Shown here piece after piece: positions 9,801-16,860 of a stretch of 64,000 nt of DNA (positions are counted from its first letter, which is position 1; the number at the start of each line of letters is the position of its first letter). A model generated the notes under the pieces. That model ran no database searches. It was not told where the DNA came from and worked only from the letters and a program-made list of their open reading frames with translations. The DNA comes from Patescibacteria group bacterium. Its GTDB lineage: Bacteria > Patescibacteriota > Patescibacteriia > JACRDY01. The DNA is taken from assembly GCA_041653535.1 (NCBI GenBank), contig JBAZFH010000003.1, forward strand, positions 2,771 through 66,770, written 5' to 3'. The position numbers and the translations under genes are program-made.

Positions 9801-11345
9801 GATTGCCAGATGATCGGTAAGCCATATTTATTAAATCCGAAATGCGGCGATGCTTGCGATGTTGATTGTTGGGGGACCGACCCAGACGACTGCAAGACAA
9901 AATGCAATGCTTTGGCAAATACTTGGTGGACCGGCTTTGGCGGCACTGCTAATTGTTGTGGTGACGACACGACTGATAATAAAGATTATGGCTGTGTAGT
10001 ACAAAAGAGTTGCGGTAATGGCGTAATCGATCAGCGAAAAGACGGTGTCTGGGAGAAGTGTGATGACGGTGATACAAACACGGCTAATGTATGCAATAAT
10101 AGCTGTACTTGGAACTGTAAAGATAACAGCAGCCAAGCAACAATTACTTTTACTCCGGAAGAAAAATCATTGGTTACACTGCAACCAAACGCCACCATGG
10201 TAAATACCACGGTTAATATTCCGGTTTGTCGTACCGCAAATAAAATAACAATGAAAGTTTATCAAGATGCTGGCGCGGTTGGTGGTAGCTCGGTTGCCTT
10301 GGTGTTTGTATCCGATCTATCTGGTAGTATGAATGAAATATTAGAATCACCAAAAACTCGTTTAGACGTTCTCAAAGAATCTCTTAAGACAGCTATTAGC
10401 ACGTTGATTGATGAGGGCGCTGGTGTGGAAGTTGGGCTGGTTAGTTATGCTCTGACGTCCGGACCAGACACTCCTGGATTTTTACCGGTGCAAGAATCGC
10501 AAAATACTTTAAATGGCGTTATAGATAGTTATGTTGCTGGTGTCGGTGGTCTGCGGGGCAGCTCCACGTATCAGGATTTAGGGCTGCAGGAAGCTCAGAA
10601 AATGTTTAATGATTATCCCAAGGATTCTTCTGGCAAAGATTTTGACAAGAAGGTGGTTGTATTTATGACTGATGGCAATTTTAGCGGTAGTCACGATGCT
10701 ATGGCGGAAGCGACCGTATTAAAAAATCCAAACATCGGCGTAGATATGTTTACCGTGGCGTTGACAGCTGATTTGGGTCTTCGTGCCTATATGAATGGGC
10801 TCTCTTCCAGTAATTGCATCTGCGGGGATAATAATTGTAAGAATAAAGTCAGCGGTACTAGCGGTGGAGATGGCGTAGTAACTTGTAGAACCGCTAATGA
10901 TTTATTAGAGGAGTGTGATCTGACGCGAGACAGTATTTATTGTAAACAAGAAACAAATGAATTAAATTGGGTTAGTTCTGGTCGTAATAGGGCTTATAGC
11001 GCTACTACCGCCAGTCAGTTGCAGGGTTTATATGAAACGATTGCCGGTGCTATTTCCGATGAAACTGTCGCAGTTACTTTTAATGGCGGTCCGCAGCTGA
11101 CATTTAATAATTATCAGTATAATCCGGTGAATAATAAATACGAAGGTACTTTGGAAATAACACTAGATTCGACATATTGTTCATCGACCATGCCGACCGA
11201 GTCAAGCGATGAGTTTAAGGCTTATAATATTTCTTTCCAAACACCTATTGTCAAACCGGTGGTCTTTAGTGCCGGTAAACTACTTTTCTGTCCTTGGAAA
11301 AATGGTTATTATGGAGAGAGCGAAATAATAAAATCAACACTTTAA
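852..11345 (+). CDS. giant (~3,497 aa) multidomain cell-surface protein: signal peptide, TrbC/VirB2-type (T4SS-pilin-like) membrane hairpin, IPT/TIG-like repeats, Myxococcus-type Cys-rich repeats, TSP3-like Ca-binding repeats, C-terminal vWA domain
   Basis: The ATG at 852 (MKKTERYKKIIFTASIVLALLVSLFWINSINAANS, signal-peptide-like) lies inside track ORF 795..11345; the frame is uninterrupted for 10.5 kb. Motifs are read directly from the translation: GFLGIIAVGICLYAGFLWMTSAGEAEKIEKAKRILIEGVIGLLIIVLAFAIVSFVV; repeated P..G..VTIxGxNFG; at least 7 CGNG(V/I)(V/I)xxGExCDxG...C modules; DxDxDGxxDxxDNCP; DLSGSM...VVVFMTDG. Confidence 0.8.
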   Translation: MKKTERYKKIIFTASIVLALLVSLFWINSINAANSNDFGLNQVGQVVNLPTADIRVTVANIIRYALGFLGIIAVGICLYAGFLWMTSAGEAEKIEKAKRILIEGVIGLLIIVLAFAIVSFVVSKLLEATGTGTEPDKTCSTENSGEVNGCWVCQSSSWTYDSSIAGCGRTDDFWVTDIKPRENAVGPKDTVVRIYFNKQVNFDSIDLDDGDITISKIGEIDPTTKEVTTTYSSPLAVAGTIQFKSGDKTVVEFRPNDLCDAACSETSDKKCKKCFSPWGLYQVNVRQGSIQDAIKGKSNQCGVVIDHCTRKFKINDVMDEESPKVSITSLEPSQGRYVPENYAVEVRISAKDNYEISDVQLYIDDMNTPVATLTSEPYVYTWQTPDGLGLKHTLLAKASDTDDNPAGVSAEREAIVRAWHCFNNQKDTFSSSPEKNEFEIDCGGTECGACVGADCDAADKDTTTCKTPTNDVCWTNYCAPADCKCEGWPEIQTVEPGRAPKGNFVTIRGRFFGKTSGQVVFLGGAGEADDKIGIKPSQINNQCDDESCWTDTQVIVVLPDGAVSGPIKIITTENKEDATNDNHGSQLLDFDVCTTSNGNCYDYPGICKLNPAQGAADALFKIYGINFGTTQGSALVKFGGKYSAVINSWADTGKEAEARVPNIQSGRPTVTIERGDIKSNPFEFLVKSSPLANPIISDVQPKSGGFGQYVTITGQNFGRAGVVEFINKNDTSKKFPADLNFPQQCQDKIWNNNQVIVKVPDTGSALLGDYFIVISRSSDNASSAAADFIINTDTPTPGICLLKPDNGPEATPVYVFGDSMGSQNGSVNFWQATVTAPIISWSEVVKVQVPKNTKTGPVVLVSAQGKSSNPLNFSVGSCRADDDCTGKPTAGECDQDQELGVSPKTNCWVCNKSVATGNYYWEWSDTSCGVIDQCCPSGVCQTKGTCVGIGVLSSYAWAFSTGEIPRYPKVVEECNRDETCPEGANTPSPSPWTPRWDINRGFDLACPNSVITARFNMDMNPDDLEDVNNYNFEKCGYQTDVNGDGKDDHDPCVCSPTANCACINGGNTNCNQKINITADNLITFNDGFIVNFAGVGLQPDSWYRMALRKGDALPGTTGFHSATAQGGYQLLADYIWQFKTRVDSAKCKIGCPTVVPVSYTANRLAKLYLNWDNPAFPRNPVYHTAQASAENNPCNLIDTYDYQWSWKATEADGANTNKAALYQIPSNGCSDSRDNDNDGKKDYKAGCTVDSVDCDYKCVSSYDRSEEAGEQLVAYFGNLRHAEAIKPTGGNTYSCDCDIAPQCSDSLENDGDNKVDYPADTECDTPGDYSELLSGLQTRSDVIVVAQKGVITNSSEECQLYCKGLSNNTWSWYKTGGYQIAGDPVLIRAQELSSGKEGRANLFINLEDPKVIAKWPDCSQACVNSQVGAAFNVPMAENTLVDAKNVMLFSCGADLECKKENMSSVPIENIDPDLSIDYRYSESVDDGLYNSELTFYPRSTTPGDYNGGKLLPNTYYRVILGSPDNDPIQNIDGLKLIGLNYDNYAADNVPDSYSWIFSTKNDYNLCSVDHVSVTPNKAFLSAIPAYQSYFSQAFGRSDDCSPFGQKLNNSFYSWKWESEKPTVAQTIGYSVGCGNGIIDRGENCDDGVYPPVSGDGCSNKCLREGSSYSVFGLCGNGVVESWEQCDYGVKIGNPAWTENNCNSATCLLNTTSRPAGSCRDGVIQSWESCDYGPLITDYYTDQEDNHVYNNYEVNSCNANTCLNTGNTNQGLAVCGNGRLEGGEACDVVDEPNNNNTDGCADNCVSSGSVDGRSLCGDGQVGTGEECELCWNDDKSVFSVIRNGSCSANSLYGHGDIDSGTPSFAGKTKDPASAEAGCQRAGADKVSCVILNSSGGYKYDRNRIGNWWKSSCQNGIVDRGEECDLGSIVENYYGGQNNYEVNNCNPTNCLYNGSSEATPDLLNRKAYQLAQSVGEGRANITAFTGGVCTGDPKFTACIQTSDCPLNSVGNKYECDLSGTKKGSSDLTVVCGWTDEACALNNAGYGADASGCCRTRPVVYSSYPHGDNVCRNTSISVLFDSNHPMDFTTFNSKNISVSVDGCAVAVNSGANRWWHYLVNTYQRVKDWVIGVFSHQANAAEINECTVNYSVTGIEYVDNGVGSDGLTHSKMVINLSSPLPPNKTIKVKFASAVKDSLGVSVLRGANVYEWTFNTGEEICSLNYVRLSPTSKSFTQTDEVENFVASTFNANGQEIEMVPGFYSWNWSWSLTPEINNTSATLSAGVATYCSVTNKACNPEHGNADCVDPKYPSQVCGAPYNYPYVSRVTSQKTNGEGQLIATATITSDSIIDAGKTFAAQAGVVVFVCENPWPQVCSATIASGNLLACEKDDDCYTEVGHQYVGPCKFDAVSNFSDSDNTIVSQFKNPENYTNFRTYYCRDAGSAGFDDDLPALVYPPIFTQTPVLPAQKGLIRHILLPRDNFRRGGETGGSNDALIMSVEANPQHISAAQWFSDRFDASATAAKAVGGYSAVSKDSTYYINAANWSRSTNTMYTNIYILSQSQNSNVNTKNIFQQLLNNMKFNVNVDGQGVGTDLCRAGTGLVTKKPFVCSNNKKTSCVADTDCGADGKCEILGWCNNDNSKSCSTLDVGNTVDNECGDEAVLPKAFCDTNAFAEPISCSKDFDCYRCKDNTNVVCELDSDCPNVYSGACAKDVSGNAAYCDAPRAKLIRNTQRLADLHTMTSILNNYYQKNNKYPTLDAGSYVSGRSYSTWPSWQATLGNDLGSGLPVDPIDQFNGCYDANYNFNRQTCWDNKALLFSCPQNSYTYFYSSNNGGNEGRVLVHLEKPENGDINVYESDYEDQDYFDAVSDNCKNFSGYSINDSDQDGVPDFGDNCPYEKNGYVGSDCPTNAPQCCPFTDKKKCCAWYGTADEEKYCGQANTDGDNLGNSCDWICPVDGNNDSDNDFVCGGQDNCWSVYNPLQVDSDGDCQMIGKPYLLNPKCGDACDVDCWGTDPDDCKTKCNALANTWWTGFGGTANCCGDDTTDNKDYGCVVQKSCGNGVIDQRKDGVWEKCDDGDTNTANVCNNSCTWNCKDNSSQATITFTPEEKSLVTLQPNATMVNTTVNIPVCRTANKITMKVYQDAGAVGGSSVALVFVSDLSGSMNEILESPKTRLDVLKESLKTAISTLIDEGAGVEVGLVSYALTSGPDTPGFLPVQESQNTLNGVIDSYVAGVGGLRGSSTYQDLGLQEAQKMFNDYPKDSSGKDFDKKVVVFMTDGNFSGSHDAMAEATVLKNPNIGVDMFTVALTADLGLRAYMNGLSSSNCICGDNNCKNKVSGTSGGDGVVTCRTANDLLEECDLTRDSIYCKQETNELNWVSSGRNRAYSATTASQLQGLYETIAGAISDETVAVTFNGGPQLTFNNYQYNPVNNKYEGTLEITLDSTYCSSTMPTESSDEFKAYNISFQTPIVKPVVFSAGKLLFCPWKNGYYGESEIIKSTL
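1017..1230 (+). other. pilin-like double-TM hairpin segment of the giant protein (TrbC/VirB2 / T4SS-pilin-like family, as seen in CPR bacteria)
   Basis: The hairpin has two hydrophobic helices separated by MTSAGEAEKIEKAKRIL, with a GFLWMTS motif typical of this conjugative-pilin-like family. Confidence 0.55.
10290..10810 (+). other. von Willebrand factor A (vWA) domain with MIDAS motif in the C-terminal region of the giant protein
   Basis: VALVFVSDLSGSM (DxSxS MIDAS) followed by ...LVSYA... and ...KKVVVFMTDGNF (second metal-coordinating T/D), giving a Rossmann-like alternation. Confidence 0.6.
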
Positions 11346-11351
11346 GATTGT

Positions 11352-12104
11352 ATGATAAAAAATAAGAAAGTAATATTAATATCGTCAGTGTTGCTTTTAG
11401 CGGTATTGCTTTTTTTTGGCTGCGCTCAAAAAGATGAAAATGGAACCGATGGTGCGCAAGTGAGAGGTGTGCAAATTGAACTAAAGCCAATCAATATTCA
11501 AAACGGTAAAATAATAAGAGACAGCAGCTATTTTGCTAACAAACAGGCAAAATGCGATACTGTATCTGATAATAAAAAAGATAACTGCTTGCAGAAAGTT
11601 AAGTTAGAACAGGCAATAGTTTTGAACCAAGTTAATCAATGTGCTGATTTGGGGGACAAAAAAGATGTCTGTTATCGTGAGTTTGCTTTTAAACAAAACA
11701 ATATTGGTTTGTGTGAATCGATAAGTGATACCACGGGTAAAGATTATTGTAAAAATGCCGTGCTTAATATTTTAGCGGCAAAACAAAAAAAGGCTGATTT
11801 TTGTTTGCAGATATCCGACGAGCAAAAAAAGATTAGTTGTTTGAGTCAGTTGATTAATGAAAACACTAAAACTGCTTTTTGCCAAACCAAGATAATAGCC
11901 GACAACAACCTTGCGGAAACCTGTGTCAATTTCATTTACTATAAACAAGCCTGGGTGAAGAAAGATCGTAAATTATGTGATAAAATTACAGTAGCGTCAA
12001 AAAGAGACGAGTGTTATCAGCTTTTTGATGTTGAGTTGAAAATATCCGCACCTTCGACAACGACAACCACCGTTACAACCAAGAGTAATACCACGGTCAA
12101 ATAA
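11352..12104 (+). CDS. lipoprotein with six tandem C-x(9-12)-C repeat modules
   Basis: Signal peptide plus lipobox (LLFFGC) and a periodic pair-of-Cys pattern (CDTVSDNKKDNC, CADLGDKKDVC, CESISDTTGKDYC, CLQISDEQKKISC, CQTKIIADNNLAETC, CDKITVASKRDEC). The Thr-rich C-terminus resembles a linker. Confidence 0.6.
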   Translation: MIKNKKVILISSVLLLAVLLFFGCAQKDENGTDGAQVRGVQIELKPINIQNGKIIRDSSYFANKQAKCDTVSDNKKDNCLQKVKLEQAIVLNQVNQCADLGDKKDVCYREFAFKQNNIGLCESISDTTGKDYCKNAVLNILAAKQKKADFCLQISDEQKKISCLSQLINENTKTAFCQTKIIADNNLAETCVNFIYYKQAWVKKDRKLCDKITVASKRDECYQLFDVELKISAPSTTTTTVTTKSNTTVK

Positions 12105-12126
12105 AATAATTATTATACCTACTATT

Positions 12127-12819
12127 ATGTTCGACGATCTAAAAAATAATCAACAGCCAAATTCTAATCAGCCGGTCAAAGAGCCCGAAGACATTTTTTC
12201 GGGAGTAGACTCTTCGGTTAGTCCTCAGGTGAAACGACCGGTTAGTCCTATTATGTCAAATATGGAAGCAATGCCTGATCCGTCGGCTAATTCCATGATG
12301 CCATCAACGGAAATACCGATAGCACCTAATTTAAAAATGAAAAAAATTATTGTTATTTTGATCGTGGTTCTAGCTATTGTTTTTGTGGTTTTAGCCGGTT
12401 GGTTGGTATATGCCAAGTATTTTAGCGCTAATCAGTCGTCGCTTGGAGAAAATAACCTTAATAATGTTTTGCCGGAATTAAATTTGAATCAAGAGGACGC
12501 CAATTTGAACGAAGAAAACAAAAATATTAATCAAGGTACCGGTCTGATTGATCAAGTAAATCAATCACAAAACATCAGCCAACCAACAAAAGATTCTGAT
12601 TCCGATGGATTGACCGATCAAGAGGAGGTAACTTTAGGCACTGATTCTTTTCTCGCAGATTCCGATTTAGACGGTTTATTTGATAAAGAAGAGGTGTATA
12701 TTTATAAAACCGATCCTTTAAATTCTGATACTGATGGTGACGGATATAAAGACGGTCAGGAGGTAAAAGGTGGCTATGATCCTAACGGTCCGGGCAGACT
12801 GTTTAGTATACCGGAGTAA
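12127..12819 (+). CDS. single-pass membrane protein with extracellular DxDxDG calcium-binding (TSP3/dockerin-like) repeats
   Basis: Cytoplasmic N-terminus, a TM helix (KKIIVILIVVLAIVFVVLAGWLVY), an N/Q-rich low-complexity region, then DSDSDGLTDQEEV...DSDLDGLFDKEEV...DTDGDGYKDGQEV. Confidence 0.6.
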   Translation: MFDDLKNNQQPNSNQPVKEPEDIFSGVDSSVSPQVKRPVSPIMSNMEAMPDPSANSMMPSTEIPIAPNLKMKKIIVILIVVLAIVFVVLAGWLVYAKYFSANQSSLGENNLNNVLPELNLNQEDANLNEENKNINQGTGLIDQVNQSQNISQPTKDSDSDGLTDQEEVTLGTDSFLADSDLDGLFDKEEVYIYKTDPLNSDTDGDGYKDGQEVKGGYDPNGPGRLFSIPE

Positions 12820-12829
12820 TTATTAAATT

Positions 12830-13882
12830 ATGGCTATATTTGATTTTTTAAAGAAAAAAATAACTGGTGATGTTCTGAAGGTCGCGCAAAAAAAACAGCC
12901 GGAAGTAAAAATTAAATCAGAAGACATTCATGTAATGCCGGAAAAATTTTTTATTGCGTCAAAACAAGGAATGAGCAGTAAAACAAAGATAATTATTGCC
13001 ATCGCAGTGGTTGTTTTATTATTTGTTATTGGAGCTATATTTTTTAGTGTTGATTGGAGTGATACCGGCGGACAAAACGTTTTAATTAGCCCCAATATTA
13101 ATGTTTTAAACACGAACCAAGATATTATTAATGGCGAAGTTTTTAGCGGATTAACAGAACAAGTCAATTCCAATCTTAACATAAATGAGTTGAATAGTAA
13201 CATTAATATAAATGCGGAGCAGTCTCGGTCAAACGAAAACATTAATAATGCGCCGAGCGTTAGTAGTCAGTCTGGTAGTGCGGTGAATACTACTGATGAT
13301 TTTTTGCCGCCGATTGTTTTTATCGCCGGCAAAGACACTGATGCTGACAATTTAACTGATTTAGAGGAAGCTATGTATGGTACTAGTCCCAATAAGCCCG
13401 ATACTGATTTGGATAGTTATTTAGACGGTCAAGAAGTGGCTGGCGGTTATGATCCAATGTTAATTAATAAAAAGATTACCGATTCTTCGCAGATAAAAAA
13501 ATATTTTAGTCAGCGTTTTTCCTTTGCTATTTTATATCCCGCCAAATGGACTTATTCTATTTCCGGAGTACGCGAAGATAGAATAATATTTTCTTCTGCC
13601 GATAATGAAACAATTAATCTTTCGGTTATTGACGGGCAGACTTCGCTTGAAGAATGGTATCGACAGAATGTAGATAATAAGCAGGTTAATATTCCTTTGC
13701 GAGTTTTACCAAACGGTGATCAGGTAATTACCAGTTTGAACGGTTTAGCAATTTACACTAAAAAGTCTGGAATAAATATAATATATTCCCTAGTTTATCA
13801 GCCGAATTCAGAGAATGAAGTTAATTATAAAACTACTTTTGAAATGATGGCGGGCAGTATTATGCAAGAAATCGGAGGTTAG
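12830..13882 (+). CDS. paralogous single-pass membrane protein with DxDxD Ca-binding repeats and a C-terminal globular domain
   Basis: Same architecture as the preceding gene (TM IIIAIAVVVLLFVIGAIFF, N-rich linker, DTDADNLTDLEE...DTDLDSYLDGQEV) with an extra C-terminal ~170 aa. Confidence 0.6.
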   Translation: MAIFDFLKKKITGDVLKVAQKKQPEVKIKSEDIHVMPEKFFIASKQGMSSKTKIIIAIAVVVLLFVIGAIFFSVDWSDTGGQNVLISPNINVLNTNQDIINGEVFSGLTEQVNSNLNINELNSNININAEQSRSNENINNAPSVSSQSGSAVNTTDDFLPPIVFIAGKDTDADNLTDLEEAMYGTSPNKPDTDLDSYLDGQEVAGGYDPMLINKKITDSSQIKKYFSQRFSFAILYPAKWTYSISGVREDRIIFSSADNETINLSVIDGQTSLEEWYRQNVDNKQVNIPLRVLPNGDQVITSLNGLAIYTKKSGINIIYSLVYQPNSENEVNYKTTFEMMAGSIMQEIGG

Positions 13883-13883
13883 A

Positions 13884-14327
13884 ATGATTAACATTGATAT
13901 TAACAATAAAGTTGTCGGAGTCAAAATTGATAAAAGATTAGTGGAAAAAGTTGCTTCAGCGGTTAGTCGTTCTTTGGTTTTAAAGAAAGAACGTTGTGTC
14001 TCTTTGGTATTAGTTGGCGATGCGGTGATTCGTAAACTAAACAAAACCTATCGCAAAAAAGATAAAATTACAGACGTTTTAAGCTTTGAATATTTAGATA
14101 AAAATTTTGTTGGTTCAACTGAAGACTATTTGGGCGAGATATTTATTTGTTATCCCCAGATAAAGCGTCAAGCTGTAAAAAATGGAAACTCAATAAAAAA
14201 AGAGTTTGCCTTATTACTTATCCATGGATTAGTCCATCTATTTGGCTATGATCATGAAAAAAGCGTCAAAGATGAAAGATTTTTTGATAAACAACAAAAA
14301 ACTATTTTACAAAAAATTGGTTTGTAA
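13884..14327 (+). CDS. ybeY: rRNA maturation endoribonuclease YbeY
   Basis: The HGxxHLxGYDH metal-binding motif (LLLIHGLVHLFGYDHEKS) is present; size is 147 aa. Confidence 0.85.
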   Translation: MINIDINNKVVGVKIDKRLVEKVASAVSRSLVLKKERCVSLVLVGDAVIRKLNKTYRKKDKITDVLSFEYLDKNFVGSTEDYLGEIFICYPQIKRQAVKNGNSIKKEFALLLIHGLVHLFGYDHEKSVKDERFFDKQQKTILQKIGL

Positions 14328-14344
14328 ATTAAATTTATATTATT

Positions 14345-15598
14345 ATGAATCACGAAGAAATCATTGCGGGGCTCGATATAGGCTCGTCTGCTGTCAGAAT
14401 GGTGGTGGGTCAGCGATCTCCTGAACAAAAATTGAATATTATTGCTGCGGCTGAAGTGCCGGCAGAAGGCATCACCAAAGGTACGGTAGTCAGTATTGAG
14501 GAGGCGGTAAATAGTATTTCTCGTTGTTTGGAGAAAACCGAAAAAATCGCTGGTGTAAAAATAGAAAGTGCTTGGGTTGGTATTTCCGGAAGCCATATTT
14601 TGTGTCAGGAATCAAAAGGAGTAGTAGCGGTTTCTCGCAGTGATGGTGAAATAAGCGAAGATGATGTCGATAGAGCTATTGAGGCAGCGAGAACAGTGGC
14701 AACGCCGTCTAATTATGAAATACTACATGTTATTCCCAAAAGTTTTACCATTGACGGTCAAACTAATATTAAAGATCCGGTTGGAATGAGTGGAATTCGT
14801 TTGGAGGTTGATTCGCAGATTATTCAAGGATTGTCCCCGCAGATTAAAATATTAACCAAATGTGTTTATCGTACCGGTTTAGATATAGACGATTTAGTCT
14901 TATCTATTTTAGCTTCTTCAGAAGCAGTGTTAACTAATCGTCAAAAAGATTTAGGCGTTGTTTTGGTCAATATCGGCGCGGCAACCACCAGTATTATCGT
15001 CTTTGAAGAGGGGAATGTGCTTCATACCAGTATTTTACCGCGCGGATCAGAAGATATTACTAAGGATTTGGCTATTATGCTACGGGTTTCCATCGATACT
15101 GCGGAAAAAATAAAAATAGATTATGGTACTGCGCTTGCTAAAGATGTTACTAAAAAAGAAGAAATCAATTTAGCTGATTTTGATTCAACGCTTAATGAAG
15201 CCGATGCCATAGCTTCTCGCAAGTATGTTGCTGAAATTATTGAAGCAAGGGTGGAAGAAATTTTTGAAAAAATTGATGTTGAGTTAAAAAAGGTTGATCG
15301 TTCCGGCAGTTTACCGGCAGGTGTAGTTTTAATCGGCGGTGGAGCTAAGCTGCCGGGAATAGTGGATGTGGCAAAAAGAAAATTGAGATTACCGGCTTGT
15401 TTAGGCTTTGCTCAAAATTTGACTGCCGCTATTGATAAGGTCCAAGATCTGGGATTTTTAACCGCTGTTGGTTTGGTGGCATGGGGTGATCAATTGACAA
15501 AAGGACAAAAAAAAGGGTTTTCTTTTTCTCGTTTTGGTGGCAGTGTTTCTCAAGTTAGGGAGAAAATTCGTGGTTGGTTTAGGGATATAATGCCCTAG
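14345..15598 (+). CDS. ftsA: cell division protein FtsA
   Basis: Actin-like ATPase N-terminus IAGLDIGSSAVRMVVG and the overall FtsA pattern; it sits immediately upstream of ftsZ. Confidence 0.9.
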   Translation: MNHEEIIAGLDIGSSAVRMVVGQRSPEQKLNIIAAAEVPAEGITKGTVVSIEEAVNSISRCLEKTEKIAGVKIESAWVGISGSHILCQESKGVVAVSRSDGEISEDDVDRAIEAARTVATPSNYEILHVIPKSFTIDGQTNIKDPVGMSGIRLEVDSQIIQGLSPQIKILTKCVYRTGLDIDDLVLSILASSEAVLTNRQKDLGVVLVNIGAATTSIIVFEEGNVLHTSILPRGSEDITKDLAIMLRVSIDTAEKIKIDYGTALAKDVTKKEEINLADFDSTLNEADAIASRKYVAEIIEARVEEIFEKIDVELKKVDRSGSLPAGVVLIGGGAKLPGIVDVAKRKLRLPACLGFAQNLTAAIDKVQDLGFLTAVGLVAWGDQLTKGQKKGFSFSRFGGSVSQVREKIRGWFRDIMP

Positions 15599-15620
15599 GT
15601 TTTTTTCTTTTAGTTTTTTA

Positions 15621-15629
15621 TGATATAAT
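15621..15629 (+). promoter_or_regulatory. extended -10 promoter element (TGaTATAAT) in the ftsA-ftsZ spacer, candidate ftsZ-proximal promoter
   Basis: tgatataat lies 58 nt upstream of the ftsZ ATG inside the 88-nt intergenic gap. Confidence 0.35.
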
Positions 15630-15686
15630 ATTACTAGTTTTAAAGACTGTTGATAAATTGAGTAATAATAGTGTTCATGCAATTTT

Positions 15687-16853
15687 ATGGCTGAAGTCAA
15701 ACCAGATATTGAAACTTTCGCAAAGATTAAGGTGTTGGGCGTCGGAGGTTCTGGCGGTTCTGCACTTAATCGAATGATTGCCGCTAAAATCAAAGGAGTG
15801 GAGTTTATTGCCGTCAATACCGATGTGCAGGCTCTTTATTATTGTCAAGCACCGCATAAAATTCATGTTGGCAAATCAGTCACTCGTGGATTGGGGGCGG
15901 GCATGGATCCTGATTTAGGGAGGTCAGCAGCAGAAGAGAATCAAAACGATATTCGTGATGCCGTGCGCGATGCTGATATGGTGTTTATTACTTGCGGGCT
16001 TGGCGGAGGTACTGGTACTGGCGCAGCGCCGGTGATTGCTGAAATATGTCGCGACACCGGAGCGTTAACGGTTGCCGTAGTAACCAAACCTTTTGCTTTT
16101 GAAGGAGCGCAACGGCGGGCAATAGCAGAAAGAGGATTAGAAGAGCTGGCTGCCAGAGTTGATACCATCATTACCATTCCTAACGATCGACTTTTACAAA
16201 TTATTGATAAAAAAACTTTGCTGCTCGATGCTTTTAATATTGTTGACGATGTTTTACGTCAGGGTGTGCAGGGAATATCCGAGCTAATTACTGTTCCTGG
16301 TCTTATCAATGTTGACTTTGCTGACGTGAAGGCGATTATGAAAGATAGCGGTTCGGCTCTTATGGGTATTGGTCAGAGCAAAGGCGAAAATCGTGCTGTT
16401 GAAGCGGCTAAATCAGCTATTGCTTCGCCGCTACTCGAACTCTCTATAGAGGGTGCTAAAGGTATATTATTTACTATTGCCGGGTCAAGCAATCTTTCAA
16501 TGCATGAAGTTAGCGAAGCAGCGAAAATTATTACTAATTCAGCTGATCCTGACGCCAAGGTTATTTTTGGAGCTATTATCAACGAGGATTTGGGCGACGA
16601 TATTAAAATTACAGTTGTGGCTACTGGATTTGAAAAAAATAAGAAATCCAGCGAGTCTTTGACTCAAGTAAACAGCTATAAACCAAGTAAATTTGTGGCT
16701 CGCAAAAAAGAGGAGGAAGAATATGAAAAAGAAGATGAGGAAGATGGCGAAAAAACCAGATTATTTGGCAAAAAGACAATAGATGAGCCAAAATGGGAAG
16801 AAGACGAAGAGGGTGAGATACCAGCGTTTATTAGAAAAAAAATAAAAAAATAG
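15687..16853 (+). CDS. ftsZ: cell division GTPase FtsZ
   Basis: The tubulin signature GGGTGTG (TCGLGGGTGTGAAPVIAE) is present, with an acidic, K-rich C-terminal tail. Confidence 0.95.
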   Translation: MAEVKPDIETFAKIKVLGVGGSGGSALNRMIAAKIKGVEFIAVNTDVQALYYCQAPHKIHVGKSVTRGLGAGMDPDLGRSAAEENQNDIRDAVRDADMVFITCGLGGGTGTGAAPVIAEICRDTGALTVAVVTKPFAFEGAQRRAIAERGLEELAARVDTIITIPNDRLLQIIDKKTLLLDAFNIVDDVLRQGVQGISELITVPGLINVDFADVKAIMKDSGSALMGIGQSKGENRAVEAAKSAIASPLLELSIEGAKGILFTIAGSSNLSMHEVSEAAKIITNSADPDAKVIFGAIINEDLGDDIKITVVATGFEKNKKSSESLTQVNSYKPSKFVARKKEEEEYEKEDEEDGEKTRLFGKKTIDEPKWEEDEEGEIPAFIRKKIKK

Positions 16854-16860
16854 ATAATAA

